Shown here: positions 18,331 to 30,353 of the stretch, in pieces
How the letters are laid out: each line of letters begins with the position of its first letter
Position numbering within the stretch: the first letter of the stretch is position 1
Assembly: GCF_000014785.1 (NCBI RefSeq)
Contig: NC_008340.1
Coordinates: 2,190,001 to 2,222,000 of the forward strand
Origin: Alkalilimnicola ehrlichii MLHE-1
GTDB taxonomy: Bacteria > Pseudomonadota > Gammaproteobacteria > Nitrococcales > Halorhodospiraceae
Direction of reading: 5' to 3'
Length of the DNA: 32,000 nt
Notes under the pieces: generated by a model
Seen by the model: only the letters and a program-made list of their open reading frames with translations
Told to the model about the DNA's origin: nothing
Databases searched by the model: none
Program-made: the position numbers and the translations under genes

Positions 18331-18370
18331 CGTCCGGGCCCGGACGCCCAACGTCGCCAAATGCCGACGT
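18331..18370. promoter_or_regulatory. Paired inverted repeats in the divergent dctP/dctQM intergenic region
   Basis: CGTCCGGGCCCGGACG (18331..18346, perfect 16-bp palindrome) followed by ACGTCG-CCAAATGC-CGACGT (18351..18370). Confidence 0.4.
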
Positions 18371-18454
18371 CTGGTTTAGGCTTTACGAGGATCAGTTTAT
18401 ATGGTTTATGCTGAAGCATACGACCCACTTCACACAAAACGGCAGCCATAACGC

Positions 18455-19282
18455 ATGAGCACTCAGGGTGGGCCCGGCAGCGGGTTGAGCGGCAAACTGA
18501 CAATAGCAATCCGGTTGCTTGACCGGGGCGTGGAGCATGTGGAGGGCCTGCTGGTGGGGGCAGGCGTGTTACTGATGGCCATCGTCGCCATCAGTAACGT
18601 CTACACCCGGAACTTCCACGGCTTCAGCATCCCCGGAACCGAGGACATCACTGTCATCCTGCTGGTCATCGTGACCTTCATGGGGATCGGGTTCGCGGCC
18701 CGCCAGGGCCGGCACATCGCCATGACCGCCCTCTACGATCAGCTCTGGGGGGTATGGCGCAAGGGGATGCTGGTGCTCATCAGTCTGTGCACGGCCGGGC
18801 TGCTCTTCTACCTCGCCTTCCTGGGTTACGAATACGTGGAGGCGCTCCACCGCCGCGACCGCACCTTCCGCGGCATGGCCATCTACGCCTGGCAGATCCA
18901 CATCCTTTTGCCAGCCCTGCTGGCGCTCTGGATCGGCTACTGGGCCGCCTGGCAGCGCGGCCTGCGGCGTACCGGCGCGTTCCTGGGCGCCCTGCGGGGC
19001 AGGGATATCGGCGCCTGGGTCACCACCGTGGTCACCGGTGCCGCCCTGCTCTGGATTGCCGGGGTAGTCATCGTCCATTTGTTGGCCGACCCGGGCACAG
19101 GGCCACTGGGCTGGCAGACCCAGCTCCGACAGTGGATTCCCTACGCCCTGGTGCCCATCGGCCTGGCCCTGGGGGGGGTACAGTTCCTGCTGACCGCGTT
19201 GCGCAACCTCACCAGCCGGGAGATCTACCGCTCGTTCACCCAGAAGGAGCAGTACGGTGACGCTAACCCCGATGAGCCGTAA
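18455..19282 (+). CDS. dctQ: TRAP transporter small permease (DctQ family)
   Basis: 275 aa with four TM segments; NFHGFSIPGTEDITVILLVIVTFMGIGFAARQGRHIAMTALYDQL matches DctQ; precedes dctM. Confidence 0.88.
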   Translation: MSTQGGPGSGLSGKLTIAIRLLDRGVEHVEGLLVGAGVLLMAIVAISNVYTRNFHGFSIPGTEDITVILLVIVTFMGIGFAARQGRHIAMTALYDQLWGVWRKGMLVLISLCTAGLLFYLAFLGYEYVEALHRRDRTFRGMAIYAWQIHILLPALLALWIGYWAAWQRGLRRTGAFLGALRGRDIGAWVTTVVTGAALLWIAGVVIVHLLADPGTGPLGWQTQLRQWIPYALVPIGLALGGVQFLLTALRNLTSREIYRSFTQKEQYGDANPDEP

Positions 19283-19348
19283 GTCACCCGCCGCGCCCGC
19301 GGGCAGGGGCCGGCCATTGCAGAGATCGACTCGAGGAGTTTACCGCCG

Positions 19349-20632
19349 ATGATCTGGATCATGGTCGGCATCATGGTGGGGCTGCTGCTCCTGGGCTTCC
19401 CGCTGATGGTGCCGCTGCTCTCCGCAGCCCTCTACGTCATGCTGTTCGAGCTGGATTTCATCAGCACGAACCGCATTGTCGCGCAAATGGTCTCCGGCAT
19501 CTCCTCGCCGGTGCTGGCGGCGGTGCCGTTGTTCATCCTCGCCGCCGACATCATGACCAAGGGCCGCACCGCCAACCGTCTGTTGGATCTGGTCATGAGC
19601 TTCTTCGGCCACCTGCGCGGGGGGCTGCCGGTCACCGCGGCCATCAGCTGCACCCTTTTCGGTGCGGTCTCCGGCTCCACCCAGGCGACGGTGGTGGCCA
19701 TCGGCGGGCCGCTGCGCCCAAAGCTGATCAAGGCCGGCTATAAGGACAGCTTCACCACCGCACTGATCATCAACGCCAGTGACATCGCCCTGCTCATCCC
19801 GCCGAGCATCGGCATGATCGTCTACGGCGTGGTCTCCCGCACCTCGGTGCGCGAACTGTTCATCGCCGGCATCCTGCCCGGGCTGCTGATCCTGCTCTTC
19901 TTCTGTGTCTACACCTATATCTACTCCCGGCTAAAGCAGATCCCGGTGCAGGACAGGTCAACCTGGTCGATTCGGCTGCAGGCCCTGCGCGGGGCCTTGC
20001 TACCCATGGGCTTCCCGATCATTGTCGTGGGTGGCATCTACGCCGGCTTCTTCTCCCCCACCGAGGCAGCGGCCGTCTCCGTGGCCTACGCCTTCCTGCT
20101 GGAGGTGGTGATCTTCCGGTCGCTGCACATCAAGGAGATCTGGCCCATCGCCCTGTCCACCGGGTTGATCACCGCGGTGGTCTTCGTGCTGGTGGCCTCC
20201 GGCCAGGTCTTCTCGTACGTGGTCTCGGCAGCGCGGATCCCCCGGGAGTTGATCGGGCCGCTGATCGAGACCCTGGCGGGCAACCCCGAGATGGCGTTAA
20301 TCGTCATCGCCCTCGCCTACTTCATCGGCTGTATGTTCGTGGACCCCATCGTGGTCATCCTGGTGCTGACACCGATCTTCACCCCGCTGGTGGACGCCAC
20401 CGGGCTCGACCCGGTGCACGTGGGCGTCATCGTCACCCTGCAGGCGGCCATCGGTTCGGCCACGCCACCCTTTGGCTGCGACATCTTCACCGCCATCGCG
20501 ATCTTCAGGCGACCTTACTGGGACACCATCAAGGGCACGCCGCCGTTCATCTTTATCCTGTTGCTGTCCACGGCGGTGCTCATCGCCTTCCCGCAGATCT
20601 CGCTGTTCCTGCCGCAACTGGCCTTCGGCTAG
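19349..20632 (+). CDS. dctM: TRAP transporter large permease (DctM family)
   Basis: 427 aa; LLLLGFPLMVPLLSAALYVMLFE, FILAADIMTKGRTANRLLDLVMSFFGHLRGGLPVTAAISCTLFGAVSGSTQATVVAIGG, ALIINASDIALLIPPSIGMIVYG, ATPPFGCDIFTA. Confidence 0.95.
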   Translation: MIWIMVGIMVGLLLLGFPLMVPLLSAALYVMLFELDFISTNRIVAQMVSGISSPVLAAVPLFILAADIMTKGRTANRLLDLVMSFFGHLRGGLPVTAAISCTLFGAVSGSTQATVVAIGGPLRPKLIKAGYKDSFTTALIINASDIALLIPPSIGMIVYGVVSRTSVRELFIAGILPGLLILLFFCVYTYIYSRLKQIPVQDRSTWSIRLQALRGALLPMGFPIIVVGGIYAGFFSPTEAAAVSVAYAFLLEVVIFRSLHIKEIWPIALSTGLITAVVFVLVASGQVFSYVVSAARIPRELIGPLIETLAGNPEMALIVIALAYFIGCMFVDPIVVILVLTPIFTPLVDATGLDPVHVGVIVTLQAAIGSATPPFGCDIFTAIAIFRRPYWDTIKGTPPFIFILLLSTAVLIAFPQISLFLPQLAFG

Positions 20633-20652
20633 GCGCCACGGGTACGGCGAAC

Positions 20653-20679
20653 GGCGCCTGCCCGTCGCGGGCGGGCGCC
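20653..20679. terminator. GC-rich hairpin downstream of dctM
   Basis: GGCGCCTGCCCG-TCG-CGGGCGGGCGCC: 12-pair stem (one T:G), 20 nt past the dctM stop; followed immediately by a second terminator. Confidence 0.5.
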
Positions 20680-20691
20680 GCCATCACGAAA

Positions 20692-20721
20692 AAGGGGAGA
20701 CCCGTCACCGGGCCTCCCCTT
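20692..20721. terminator. Bidirectional rho-independent terminator between convergent dctM and pnp
   Basis: AAGGGGAG-A-CCCG-TCAC-CGGG-C-CTCCCCTT, preceded by AAAAA (T-tract on the minus strand) and followed by TCTTATT on the plus strand. Confidence 0.88.
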
Positions 20722-20798
20722 CTTATTGGCCTGAGCGGCCAGCAGGCCGGGCCCATCCCGCGGACCGAGCCATCGGCCCCCGGGATGGCGTCAGGCGA

Positions 20799-22895
20799 TC
20801 ACTCGCCGTCCTGCACCGCCTTCATGCTCAGCCGGATACGGCCCTGGCGGTCCACCTCCAGCACCTTGACGCGCACGGTGTCACCTTCCTTGAGGTAGTC
20901 ACCCACCCGCTCCACGCGCTCGTTGGAGATCTGGGAGATGTGCACCAGGCCATCCCGGCCGGGCAGGATGTTGACGAAGGCGCCGAAATCCATCAGCTTC
21001 GAGACCTTCCCCTCGTAGACCGTCCCCACCTCCACGTCGGCGGTGAGCAGCTCGATGCGCCGGCGGGCCTCGTCGGCCGCGGCCTTGTCCGCGGAGGCGA
21101 TGGTCACCTTGCCATCGTCGGAGATGTCGATAGTGGTGCCGGTCTCCTCGGTCAACGCGCGAATGGTGGCGCCACCCTTGCCGATGACATCACGGATCTT
21201 GTCCGGGTCGATCCGGATGGTGAGCAGGCGCGGAGCGTACTCGGACATCTCGCTCCGCGGGCCGCTGATGGCATTGTTCATCTCACCAAGGATGTGCAGG
21301 CGGCCTTCCCGGGCCTGCTCCAGCGCCTGCTCCATGATCTCGCGGGTAATCCCCTGGATCTTGATGTCCATCTGCAGCGCGGTCACGCCGCTCTCGGTCC
21401 CGGCGACCTTGAAGTCCATGTCGCCCAGGTGGTCCTCATCGCCGAGGATGTCGGAGAGCACGGCGAACTGCTCGTCCTCCTTGATCAGGCCCATGGCGAT
21501 ACCGGCCACCGGTGCTTTCACTGGCACGCCGGCGTCCATCAGCGACAGGGAGGTGCCGCAGACGGTGGCCATGGAGGAGGAGCCGTTGGACTCGGTGATC
21601 TCGGAGACCACGCGGATCACGTAGGGGCAATCGTCCGCGGCCGGCATGACCGCTTCAATGCCCCGCTTGGCGAGCTTACCGTGACCGATCTCGCGGCGCT
21701 TGGGCGTGCCCATGAAGCCGGTCTCGCCCACACAGTAGGGCGGGAAGTTGTAGTGCAGCATGAACTGCTCTTTGCGCTCGCCCTCGATGGCATCGATGAT
21801 CTGGGCATCACGGCCGGTCCCGAGGGTGGTCACCACCACAGCCTGGGTCTCGCCGCGGGTAAAGATCGCCGAACCGTGCGTACGCGGCAGGCTCCCCACC
21901 TCGATGTCGATGGGCCGGACGGTCCGGGTATCCCGCCCGTCGATACGGCGCTCACCCGCCAGGATGCGCCCGCGGACGATGTCCTTCTCCAGCCCCTTAA
22001 AGGCGTCGCCCACGTCCTTCTCGGGCCAACCGCCCTCTTCCTCACGGTTCTCACCCAGCGCCTCGACGGCCCGCTGCCGCAGTTCGCCGATCCGGTTCTG
22101 GCGCTCCTGCTTTTCCGGGATCTGGTAGGCGGCGGCCAGGTCGTCGCCCACCAGGTCCTTGATCGCCGTCTCCAGGGCAGCGTCGCCTTGCGGCGGGTGC
22201 CAGTCCCATCGCGGCTTGCCCGCCTCGGCGGTGAGCTCGTTGATCGCCTGGATAGCCACCTGCATCTGCTCGTGGCCGTACAGCACGGCGCCAAGCATGG
22301 CCTCCTCGGGGAGCTGGTTGGCCTCCGACTCCACCATCAGCACGGCGTTCTCCGTGCCCGCGACCACCAGGTCCAGGTCGGAGGCGGCGGTCTCCTCGAA
22401 GGTGGGATTCAGCAGGTACTCGCCGTCCTTATAGCCAACACGGGCGGCGCCGATGGGGCCATCGAAGGGGATACCGGAAATAGACAGTGCCGCGGAGGCC
22501 CCGATCAATGCCGGGATGTCGGCATCCACCTCAGGGTTCATGGAGAGCACGGTGGCCACCACCTGCACCTCGTTATAGAACCCCTCCGGGAACAGCGGCC
22601 GGATGGGCCGGTCGATCAGACGGCAGGTGAGGGTCTCCTTCTCGGAGGGGCGGCCCTCACGCTTGAAGAAGCCTCCCGGGATCTTGCCCGCCGCATAGGT
22701 CCGCTCCTGGTAATTGACGGTCAGGGGGAAGAAGCCCTTGCCCGGGTCCGCCTCCTTGCGACCGACAGCGGTGACGAGCACCACCGTATCACTCATGTTG
22801 ACCAGCACGGCGCCATCGGCCTGCCGTGCGACGCCACCGGTTTCCAGAGTGACCGTGTGGTTTCCGTACTGAAAGCTCTTCTTGACTGATTTCAC
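20799..22895 (-). CDS. pnp: Polynucleotide phosphorylase
   Basis: [46 protein letters not shown] (GTG start near 22895), [51 protein letters not shown] domain [20 protein letters not shown] and S1 domain. Conserved order with rpsO. Confidence 0.97.
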   Translation of the reverse strand: MKSVKKSFQYGNHTVTLETGGVARQADGAVLVNMSDTVVLVTAVGRKEADPGKGFFPLTVNYQERTYAAGKIPGGFFKREGRPSEKETLTCRLIDRPIRPLFPEGFYNEVQVVATVLSMNPEVDADIPALIGASAALSISGIPFDGPIGAARVGYKDGEYLLNPTFEETAASDLDLVVAGTENAVLMVESEANQLPEEAMLGAVLYGHEQMQVAIQAINELTAEAGKPRWDWHPPQGDAALETAIKDLVGDDLAAAYQIPEKQERQNRIGELRQRAVEALGENREEEGGWPEKDVGDAFKGLEKDIVRGRILAGERRIDGRDTRTVRPIDIEVGSLPRTHGSAIFTRGETQAVVVTTLGTGRDAQIIDAIEGERKEQFMLHYNFPPYCVGETGFMGTPKRREIGHGKLAKRGIEAVMPAADDCPYVIRVVSEITESNGSSSMATVCGTSLSLMDAGVPVKAPVAGIAMGLIKEDEQFAVLSDILGDEDHLGDMDFKVAGTESGVTALQMDIKIQGITREIMEQALEQAREGRLHILGEMNNAISGPRSEMSEYAPRLLTIRIDPDKIRDVIGKGGATIRALTEETGTTIDISDDGKVTIASADKAAADEARRRIELLTADVEVGTVYEGKVSKLMDFGAFVNILPGRDGLVHISQISNERVERVGDYLKEGDTVRVKVLEVDRQGRIRLSMKAVQDGE

Positions 22896-22929
22896 GATAA
22901 TATCCGGCTGCTCTTGAAATGACTGACGA

Positions 22930-22981
22930 GGTGCCCCGCCCCTGCGGGACACCCGGCGCACGCGCCCATTGGCGGCGTGCG
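22930..22981. promoter_or_regulatory. Tandem stem-loops in the pnp 5' leader (rpsO-pnp spacer), possible RNase III/PNPase autoregulatory site
   Basis: On the minus strand: GGTGTCCCGC-AGGG-GCGGGGCACC (22930..22953, 10 pairs including one G:T) and a 7+3 pair stem CGCACGC...GCGTGCG (22957..22981). Confidence 0.5.
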
Positions 22982-22994
22982 GACGGGCGTGCCC

Positions 22995-23264
22995 TTACTT
23001 GCGCAGGCCCAGGTTCTCGATGAGGTCGAGATAGCGCTGGCGATCCTTACGCTTGAGGTAGTCCAGCAGCTTGCGCCGCTGGCTGACCAGCTTGAGCAGG
23101 CCCTGGCGGGAGTGGTGGTCCTGCTTGTGCTCGGCGAAGTGACCGCTCAGGTGCTGGATGCGGGCGGTCAGCAGCGCCACCTGCACCTCGGGCGAACCGG
23201 TGTCGGAGGCGGTACGTGCGTGTTTCTTGACGATTTCGCCCTTCTGCTCAGCGGAAAGCGACAT
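22995..23264 (-). CDS. rpsO: 30S ribosomal protein S15
   Basis: 89 aa [89 protein letters not shown]. Confidence 0.99.
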   Translation of the reverse strand: MSLSAEQKGEIVKKHARTASDTGSPEVQVALLTARIQHLSGHFAEHKQDHHSRQGLLKLVSQRRKLLDYLKRKDRQRYLDLIENLGLRK

Positions 23265-23320
23265 GTAACTGACTCCTGAAAACTCAAACAGTTGGTATGG
23301 ACCTGATGGTTAATCGGCGT

Positions 23321-23350
23321 ATTTTAGCCCCCGGCCGCCAGGGGTAACAA
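23321..23350 (-). promoter_or_regulatory. Possible sigma70 promoter for rpsO
   Basis: Minus strand TTGTTA-18 nt-TAAAAT upstream of the rpsO start, in a locally AT-richer gap. Confidence 0.45.
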
Positions 23351-23361
23351 GCAACATCGGG

Positions 23362-24288
23362 TTACTGCTTACCGCCCCCGCCCGTTGCCAGCAGGCGTTT
23401 GGGCGCGATGCGGCCCTCCGCATCCGGGCAGCCCATGCCCAGGAAACGGCCCTCGCGGGTATAGAGCCGCAACCAGGCGGCCTCCGGAATGCGGGGCACC
23501 CACACCGGCTGCCCCTGCATGAGAAAGAAGGCGACGTCCTCGGCCAGCTCCACGGCCGGCCACTGCACAAGGGCGCTGTCCATCGGCAGCAGGCAGTTGT
23601 CCAGTGCCTCGAGGCCCTCTCCGGCCGCGGCCTCCAGCGCCTCCAGCGTGAACATGTCGGGATCGTCGAACGGACCCAGCCCGGTGCGGCGCAGGCCGAT
23701 GACGTGGGCTCCGCAGCCCAACGCCCGGCCGATGTCCTCGACCAGGGTGCGCACGTAGGTGCCCTTGGAGCAGCGGACATCCAGGGCCAGGGTGTCACCC
23801 TCCAGCGCCACCAGCGTGAGCCCATTGATGCGCACCGGGCGCGGCTCGCGATTGACTTCTTTACCCTCACGCGCCAGCTTGTAAAGCCGCTGGCCCTTGT
23901 GCTTGAGCGCGGAGTACATGGGCGGCACCTGCTCGATGTCGCCCCGGAATCCGGCCAGTGCCGCCTCCACCCGGTCCGCGTCCAGTGCCGGCACCGGGGT
24001 CTCCTCCAGCACCTCACCCTCGGCATCGCCGGTATCGGTGGTGACGCCCAGGCGGCAGCGCACTTGGTAGTGCTTGTCGGCGTCCAGCAGAAAGCCGGAG
24101 ACCTTGGTGGCCTCACCGAAACAGAGGGGCAGCAGGCCGGTGGCCAGCGGGTCCAGACTGCCGGTATGACCGGCCTTACGGGCCTGGAACAGCCGTTTCG
24201 CCCGTTGCAGGGCCTGGTTGGAGGACAGCCCGGCGGGTTTGTCCAGCAGCAGGATGCCGTTGACCCGGCGCAGATGCTTACGTGCCAT
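23362..24288 (-). CDS. truB: tRNA pseudouridine(55) synthase TruB
   Basis: 308 aa; [54 protein letters not shown] and [30 protein letters not shown]. Confidence 0.98.
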   Translation of the reverse strand: MARKHLRRVNGILLLDKPAGLSSNQALQRAKRLFQARKAGHTGSLDPLATGLLPLCFGEATKVSGFLLDADKHYQVRCRLGVTTDTGDAEGEVLEETPVPALDADRVEAALAGFRGDIEQVPPMYSALKHKGQRLYKLAREGKEVNREPRPVRINGLTLVALEGDTLALDVRCSKGTYVRTLVEDIGRALGCGAHVIGLRRTGLGPFDDPDMFTLEALEAAAGEGLEALDNCLLPMDSALVQWPAVELAEDVAFFLMQGQPVWVPRIPEAAWLRLYTREGRFLGMGCPDAEGRIAPKRLLATGGGGKQ

Positions 24289-24299
24289 TAAGCGCCCCG

Positions 24300-24692
24300 T
24301 CAGCCGTTGTCCGGCTTGTCGTCGTCGTGCTGCTGGCGGTCTTCCTCCACCGCCTCATCAATGAGCCGGCTGAGCCGGTCGCCGCGGTCGAAGGCGGTGT
24401 CGTGCTGGAAGTGCAGGGCCGGCACCTGGCGGATACGCAGGCGCTGGCCGAGCAGCTTGCGCAGGTAGCCGGCTGCCCGGGTCAGCACCTCGACGGTCTT
24501 GGCGTTGTCCTCATCGCTGCCGCCCAGGGCGGTCACGAACACCTTCGCGTGCGCCAGATCCCGGCTGACCGTCACCTCGGAGACCGTGACCATACCCAGC
24601 CGCGGGTCGCGGAGTTCGTCACGGATCAGCTCGGCCAGCTCGCGCTGGATCTGCTCGCCGACCCGGCGTGTTCTCGGGAAATCCCTGGGCAT
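24300..24692 (-). CDS. rbfA: 30S ribosome-binding factor A
   Basis: From ATG at 24692: [57 protein letters not shown]. The upstream part of the supplied 214-aa ORF overlaps infB and is spurious. Confidence 0.96.
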   Translation of the reverse strand: MPRDFPRTRRVGEQIQRELAELIRDELRDPRLGMVTVSEVTVSRDLAHAKVFVTALGGSDEDNAKTVEVLTRAAGYLRKLLGQRLRIRQVPALHFQHDTAFDRGDRLSRLIDEAVEEDRQQHDDDKPDNG

Positions 24693-24699
24693 CTCTACC

Positions 24700-27351
<2,652 letters not shown>

Positions 27352-27424
27352 CTCTACTCTCTCTCCCGCATACCCTGTTGCCGACAACGGGGGCTGGCGC
27401 CCCCAAACTTAACGCAACCGGGTG

Positions 27425-28921
27425 CTATTCATCGTCCTGCTGGTCCGCGAACCACGGCTCCCGGGCCTTCATGATGAGCTGACCGGCACGGGTCTCGTCC
27501 ATGCCCTCGATCTCCATCAATTCATCCACGGACTGTTCCGCCAGGTCCTCCATGGTGCACACGCCCCGTGCGGCGAGCGCCCGGGCCAGGTCCTCGTCCA
27601 TGCCTTCCATGGTCAGCAGATCCTCTGCCGGCTCGGTGCCGGCACTCTCGCGCTCCTCCGCCTCACTGACGAGGACATCACGGGCCCGCGCCCGCAACTC
27701 GTCAACGATGTCTTCGTCGAACTCCTCGACCTCCAGCAGCTCGGCGGCCGGGACATAGGCCACCTCTTCGAGGCTGGAGAAACCCTCCTGCACCAGGATG
27801 GCGGCGATCTCCTCGTCCACGTCCAGCTTCTCCTGGAAAAGCTGCTGGTACTGAGCCGCCTCCTCCTGGTTCTTGGCCTCGGCCTCCTCGGCGGTCATCA
27901 CGTTGAGTTCCCAGCCGGTGAGCTCACTGGCCAGGCGGACGTTCTGCCCACCGCGCCCGATGGCCTGGGAAAGCTGCTCCTCGGCCACGGCAATATCCAT
28001 GCTGTGGCGGTCTTCGTCCACGACGATGGACTCCACCTCGGCGGGGGCCAGCGCGTTGATCACGAACTGCGCCGGGTTGTCATCCCACAGGATAATATCG
28101 ATGCGCTCACCGGCCAGTTCGTTGGAGACCGCCTGCACGCGGGAGCCGCGCATACCCACACACGCCCCGACCGGGTCAATGCGCGGATCCAGCGCCCGCA
28201 CGGCGATCTTGGCCCGAACGCCGGGGTCGCGAGCGGCGCCCATGATCTCGATCAACTCCTGGCCCACCTCCGGCACCTCCAGCTTGAAGAGCTCGACCAG
28301 GAATTCCGGCGCGGTGCGGCTGACGAACAGCTGCGGGCCGCGCGGCTCCGGACGCACATCCTTCAGATAGCCGCGCAGCCGGTCCTCCCGCCGCACCGCC
28401 TCGCGCGGGATCATGGCCTCACGCGGGATCAGCGCCTCGGCGTTGCCGCCCAGGTCCATGATCACGCTGCCACGCTCCAGCCGCTTGACGGTGCCGGTCA
28501 CCAGCTCGCCGATCCGGTCCTGGAAGGCCTCCACCACCTTGGCACGCTCGGCCTCCCGCACCTTTTGCACAATGACCTGCTTGGCGGTCTGGGCGGCGAT
28601 ACGGCCGAACTCCACCGATTCCATGGGCTCTTCCAGGCACTCACCCACTTCGATGTCCGGCTGGCGCTGGCGTGCCTCCTCCAGCGTGATCTGACGGGCC
28701 GGCGATTCGACATCTTCGTCGCTCTCCACCACCCACCAGCGCCGGAAGGTGCTGTAATCGCCGGTGTTGCGGTTGACCTCCACGCGGGCGTCGATGTCCT
28801 CCGGGTGACGCTTGCGCGTGGCAGAGGCCAACGCCGCTTCGATGGCCTCGAAGATGACCTCGCGGTCCACGCCCTTTTCGTTGGAGGTCGCCTCGACAAC
28901 CAGCAGGATTTCTTTGCTCAT
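27425..28921 (-). CDS. nusA: Transcription termination/antitermination protein NusA
   Basis: 498 aa; [83 protein letters not shown]-terminal acidic helix-hairpin-helix repeats. Confidence 0.98.
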   Translation of the reverse strand: MSKEILLVVEATSNEKGVDREVIFEAIEAALASATRKRHPEDIDARVEVNRNTGDYSTFRRWWVVESDEDVESPARQITLEEARQRQPDIEVGECLEEPMESVEFGRIAAQTAKQVIVQKVREAERAKVVEAFQDRIGELVTGTVKRLERGSVIMDLGGNAEALIPREAMIPREAVRREDRLRGYLKDVRPEPRGPQLFVSRTAPEFLVELFKLEVPEVGQELIEIMGAARDPGVRAKIAVRALDPRIDPVGACVGMRGSRVQAVSNELAGERIDIILWDDNPAQFVINALAPAEVESIVVDEDRHSMDIAVAEEQLSQAIGRGGQNVRLASELTGWELNVMTAEEAEAKNQEEAAQYQQLFQEKLDVDEEIAAILVQEGFSSLEEVAYVPAAELLEVEEFDEDIVDELRARARDVLVSEAEERESAGTEPAEDLLTMEGMDEDLARALAARGVCTMEDLAEQSVDELMEIEGMDETRAGQLIMKAREPWFADQQDDE

Positions 28922-28946
28922 GCTCCCGTCTCCACCATCAGGCCGA

Positions 28947-29405
28947 TCACGGCTCCAGGATCAGCCTTGCCTTTTCAATGAGGTCCAGGGGGATCTGCAC
29001 TTCATCCCCCTGGGCTTCGACAACCCGGACGCCCTCGTCGCCCAGACCCGCCAACACGCCCTTGAAACGCCGGCGCCCCTCCCAGGGGGCGCTCAGGCGG
29101 ATCTTGATCTGCTCACCGGCAAATCGATCGTAATCGGACGCCTTGAAGATGGGCCGATCCAGACCCGGCGAGGAGATCTCCAGGGTGTATTCCCCGGGGA
29201 TGGGATCCTCCACATCGAGAACCGCGCTGATCTGCCGGCTGCAGGTCTCGCAATCGTCCAGGGTGATCCCGTCGGGGCTGTCGATATAAATGCGCAGTAA
29301 TCGCTTGCCGGCCGGGCCGCCGTATTCAATGCCCACCAGCTCGTAGCCCATGCCTGTCAGCAGGGGGTCGATCAACGCATATAGGGTGTCTTCGGTTGCC
29401 GCCAT
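28947..29405 (-). CDS. rimP: Ribosome maturation factor RimP
   Basis: From [87 protein letters not shown]. Confidence 0.96.
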   Translation of the reverse strand: MAATEDTLYALIDPLLTGMGYELVGIEYGGPAGKRLLRIYIDSPDGITLDDCETCSRQISAVLDVEDPIPGEYTLEISSPGLDRPIFKASDYDRFAGEQIKIRLSAPWEGRRRFKGVLAGLGDEGVRVVEAQGDEVQIPLDLIEKARLILEP

Positions 29406-29501
29406 AGCACCTGCTACAAATAAAAAAAGGGCCCAAGGCCCCTTCCCTGTGCCGGCCGGAGGCCTGGGGTGCCGCACCCCTGGGCCTTCCTCCAGCTACA
29501 A

Positions 29502-29525
29502 AAAAGGGCCGCAAGCGGCCCTTTT
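29502..29525 (-). terminator. Rho-independent terminator/attenuator immediately downstream of metY
   Basis: AAAAGGGCCGC-AA-GCGGCCCTTTT perfect 11-bp arms, followed on the minus strand by a T-run; 8 nt beyond the tRNA 3' end. Confidence 0.8.
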
Positions 29526-29533
29526 CAAGAAAC

Positions 29534-29610
29534 TGGTAGCGGGGGCAGGATTTGAACCTGCGACCTTCGGGTTATGAGCCCGACGAGCTGCCAGACTGCT
29601 CCACCCCGCA
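29534..29610 (-). tRNA. metY: Initiator tRNA-fMet (CAT anticodon), 77 nt with encoded CCA
   Basis: Minus strand TGCGGGGTGGAGCAGTCTGGCAGCTCGTCGGGCTCATAACCCGAAGGTCGCAGGTTCAAATCCTGCCCCCGCTACCA; GGG/CCC anticodon-stem pairs and unpaired 1:72 are initiator hallmarks; located upstream of rimP as in E. coli metY. Confidence 0.97.
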
Positions 29611-29623
29611 ACTGATGCTGCGC

Positions 29624-29652
29624 ATTCTACAGCGCTTGCCGGCTTTACGCAA
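29624..29652 (-). promoter_or_regulatory. Putative sigma70 promoter of the metY-rimP-nusA-infB operon
   Basis: Minus strand TTGCGT-17 nt-TAGAAT followed by a GC-rich discriminator, placing the start a few nt before the tRNA 5' end. Confidence 0.6.
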
Positions 29653-29850
29653 GGGCCTTGCCTGCTCTGGCCGGCCGCCCCGGGGGGCGCCCCTCGTTCA
29701 GGGGACGCGGATAATGACACAGCCCCACCGCCGCGTGCAACCCCTCCCCCAAGGCGACAAACCGTGAACGACCGCGCCCCTTCGGCGCCCGACGGCGGAG
29801 TGGGCGCCGCCACCGCCCCCCGCTATCGCGATGGCCGAACACTTTCCCCC

Positions 29851-30285
29851 GTCATCGCGAGGGCCGACGGCCTTCCTCCCCGTCATCGCGAGGGCCGAAG
29901 GCCCGTGGCGATCCAGAGCGGTAGACTGCCACGTCGCTTCGCTCCTCGCAGTGACGGCGGGGGAAGCCCCGTCATCGCGAGGAGCGAAGCGACGCGGCTA
30001 TCCACACCCCGCCATGGACTGCCACGCCCCTGCGGGGCTCCCAGTGACGGTGGGGGAAGCCCCCGTCATCGCGAGGAGCGCAGCGACGCGGCGATCCACA
30101 CCCCGCCTGGACTGCCACGCCCCTGCGGGGCTCCCAGTGACGGTGGGGGAAGCCCCCGTCATCGCGAGGAGCGAAGCGACGCGGCGATCCACACCCCGCC
30201 ATGGACTGCCACGCCCCTGCGGGGCTCCCAGTGACGGCGGGGGAAGCCCCCGTCATCGCGAGGAGCGCAGCGACGCGGCGATCCA
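29851..30285. repeat. Tandem array of imperfect-palindromic repeat units (period about 93-94 bp)
   Basis: Units begin GTCATCGCGAGG at 29851 (half unit), 29882, 29971, 30065, 30158, 30252 (degenerate right half). Full palindromes at 29882..29955, 29971..30048, 30065..30141, 30158..30235. Left arm GTCATCGCGAGGAGCGAAGCGACGCGGCGATCCA matches the reverse complement of right arm TGGACTGCCACGCCCCTGCGGGGCTCCCAGTGAC imperfectly; central units separated by GG(T/C)GGGGGAAGCCCCC linkers. Confidence 0.93.
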
Positions 30286-30353
30286 GGTGGCGCGTGGACT
30301 GTCAGGTCGCTTGCCGCCTCGCTGTGCCGACCGGACACCCAATGGCGTTCAGC

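Noticed and set aside
20472-22889. Very long plus-strand ORF (805 aa) opposite pnp
   Set aside because: Antisense shadow of a high-GC coding region; pnp on the minus strand is unambiguous and the translation is low-complexity His/Gly/Leu/Asp-rich.
27422-28981. 519-aa plus-strand ORF opposite nusA
   Set aside because: Antisense artefact; NusA is well supported on the other strand.
29851-30285. Possible CRISPR array
   Set aside because: Repeats are 74-78 nt palindromes with near-identical 15-17 nt linkers, no unique 26-40 nt spacers and no cas genes nearby.
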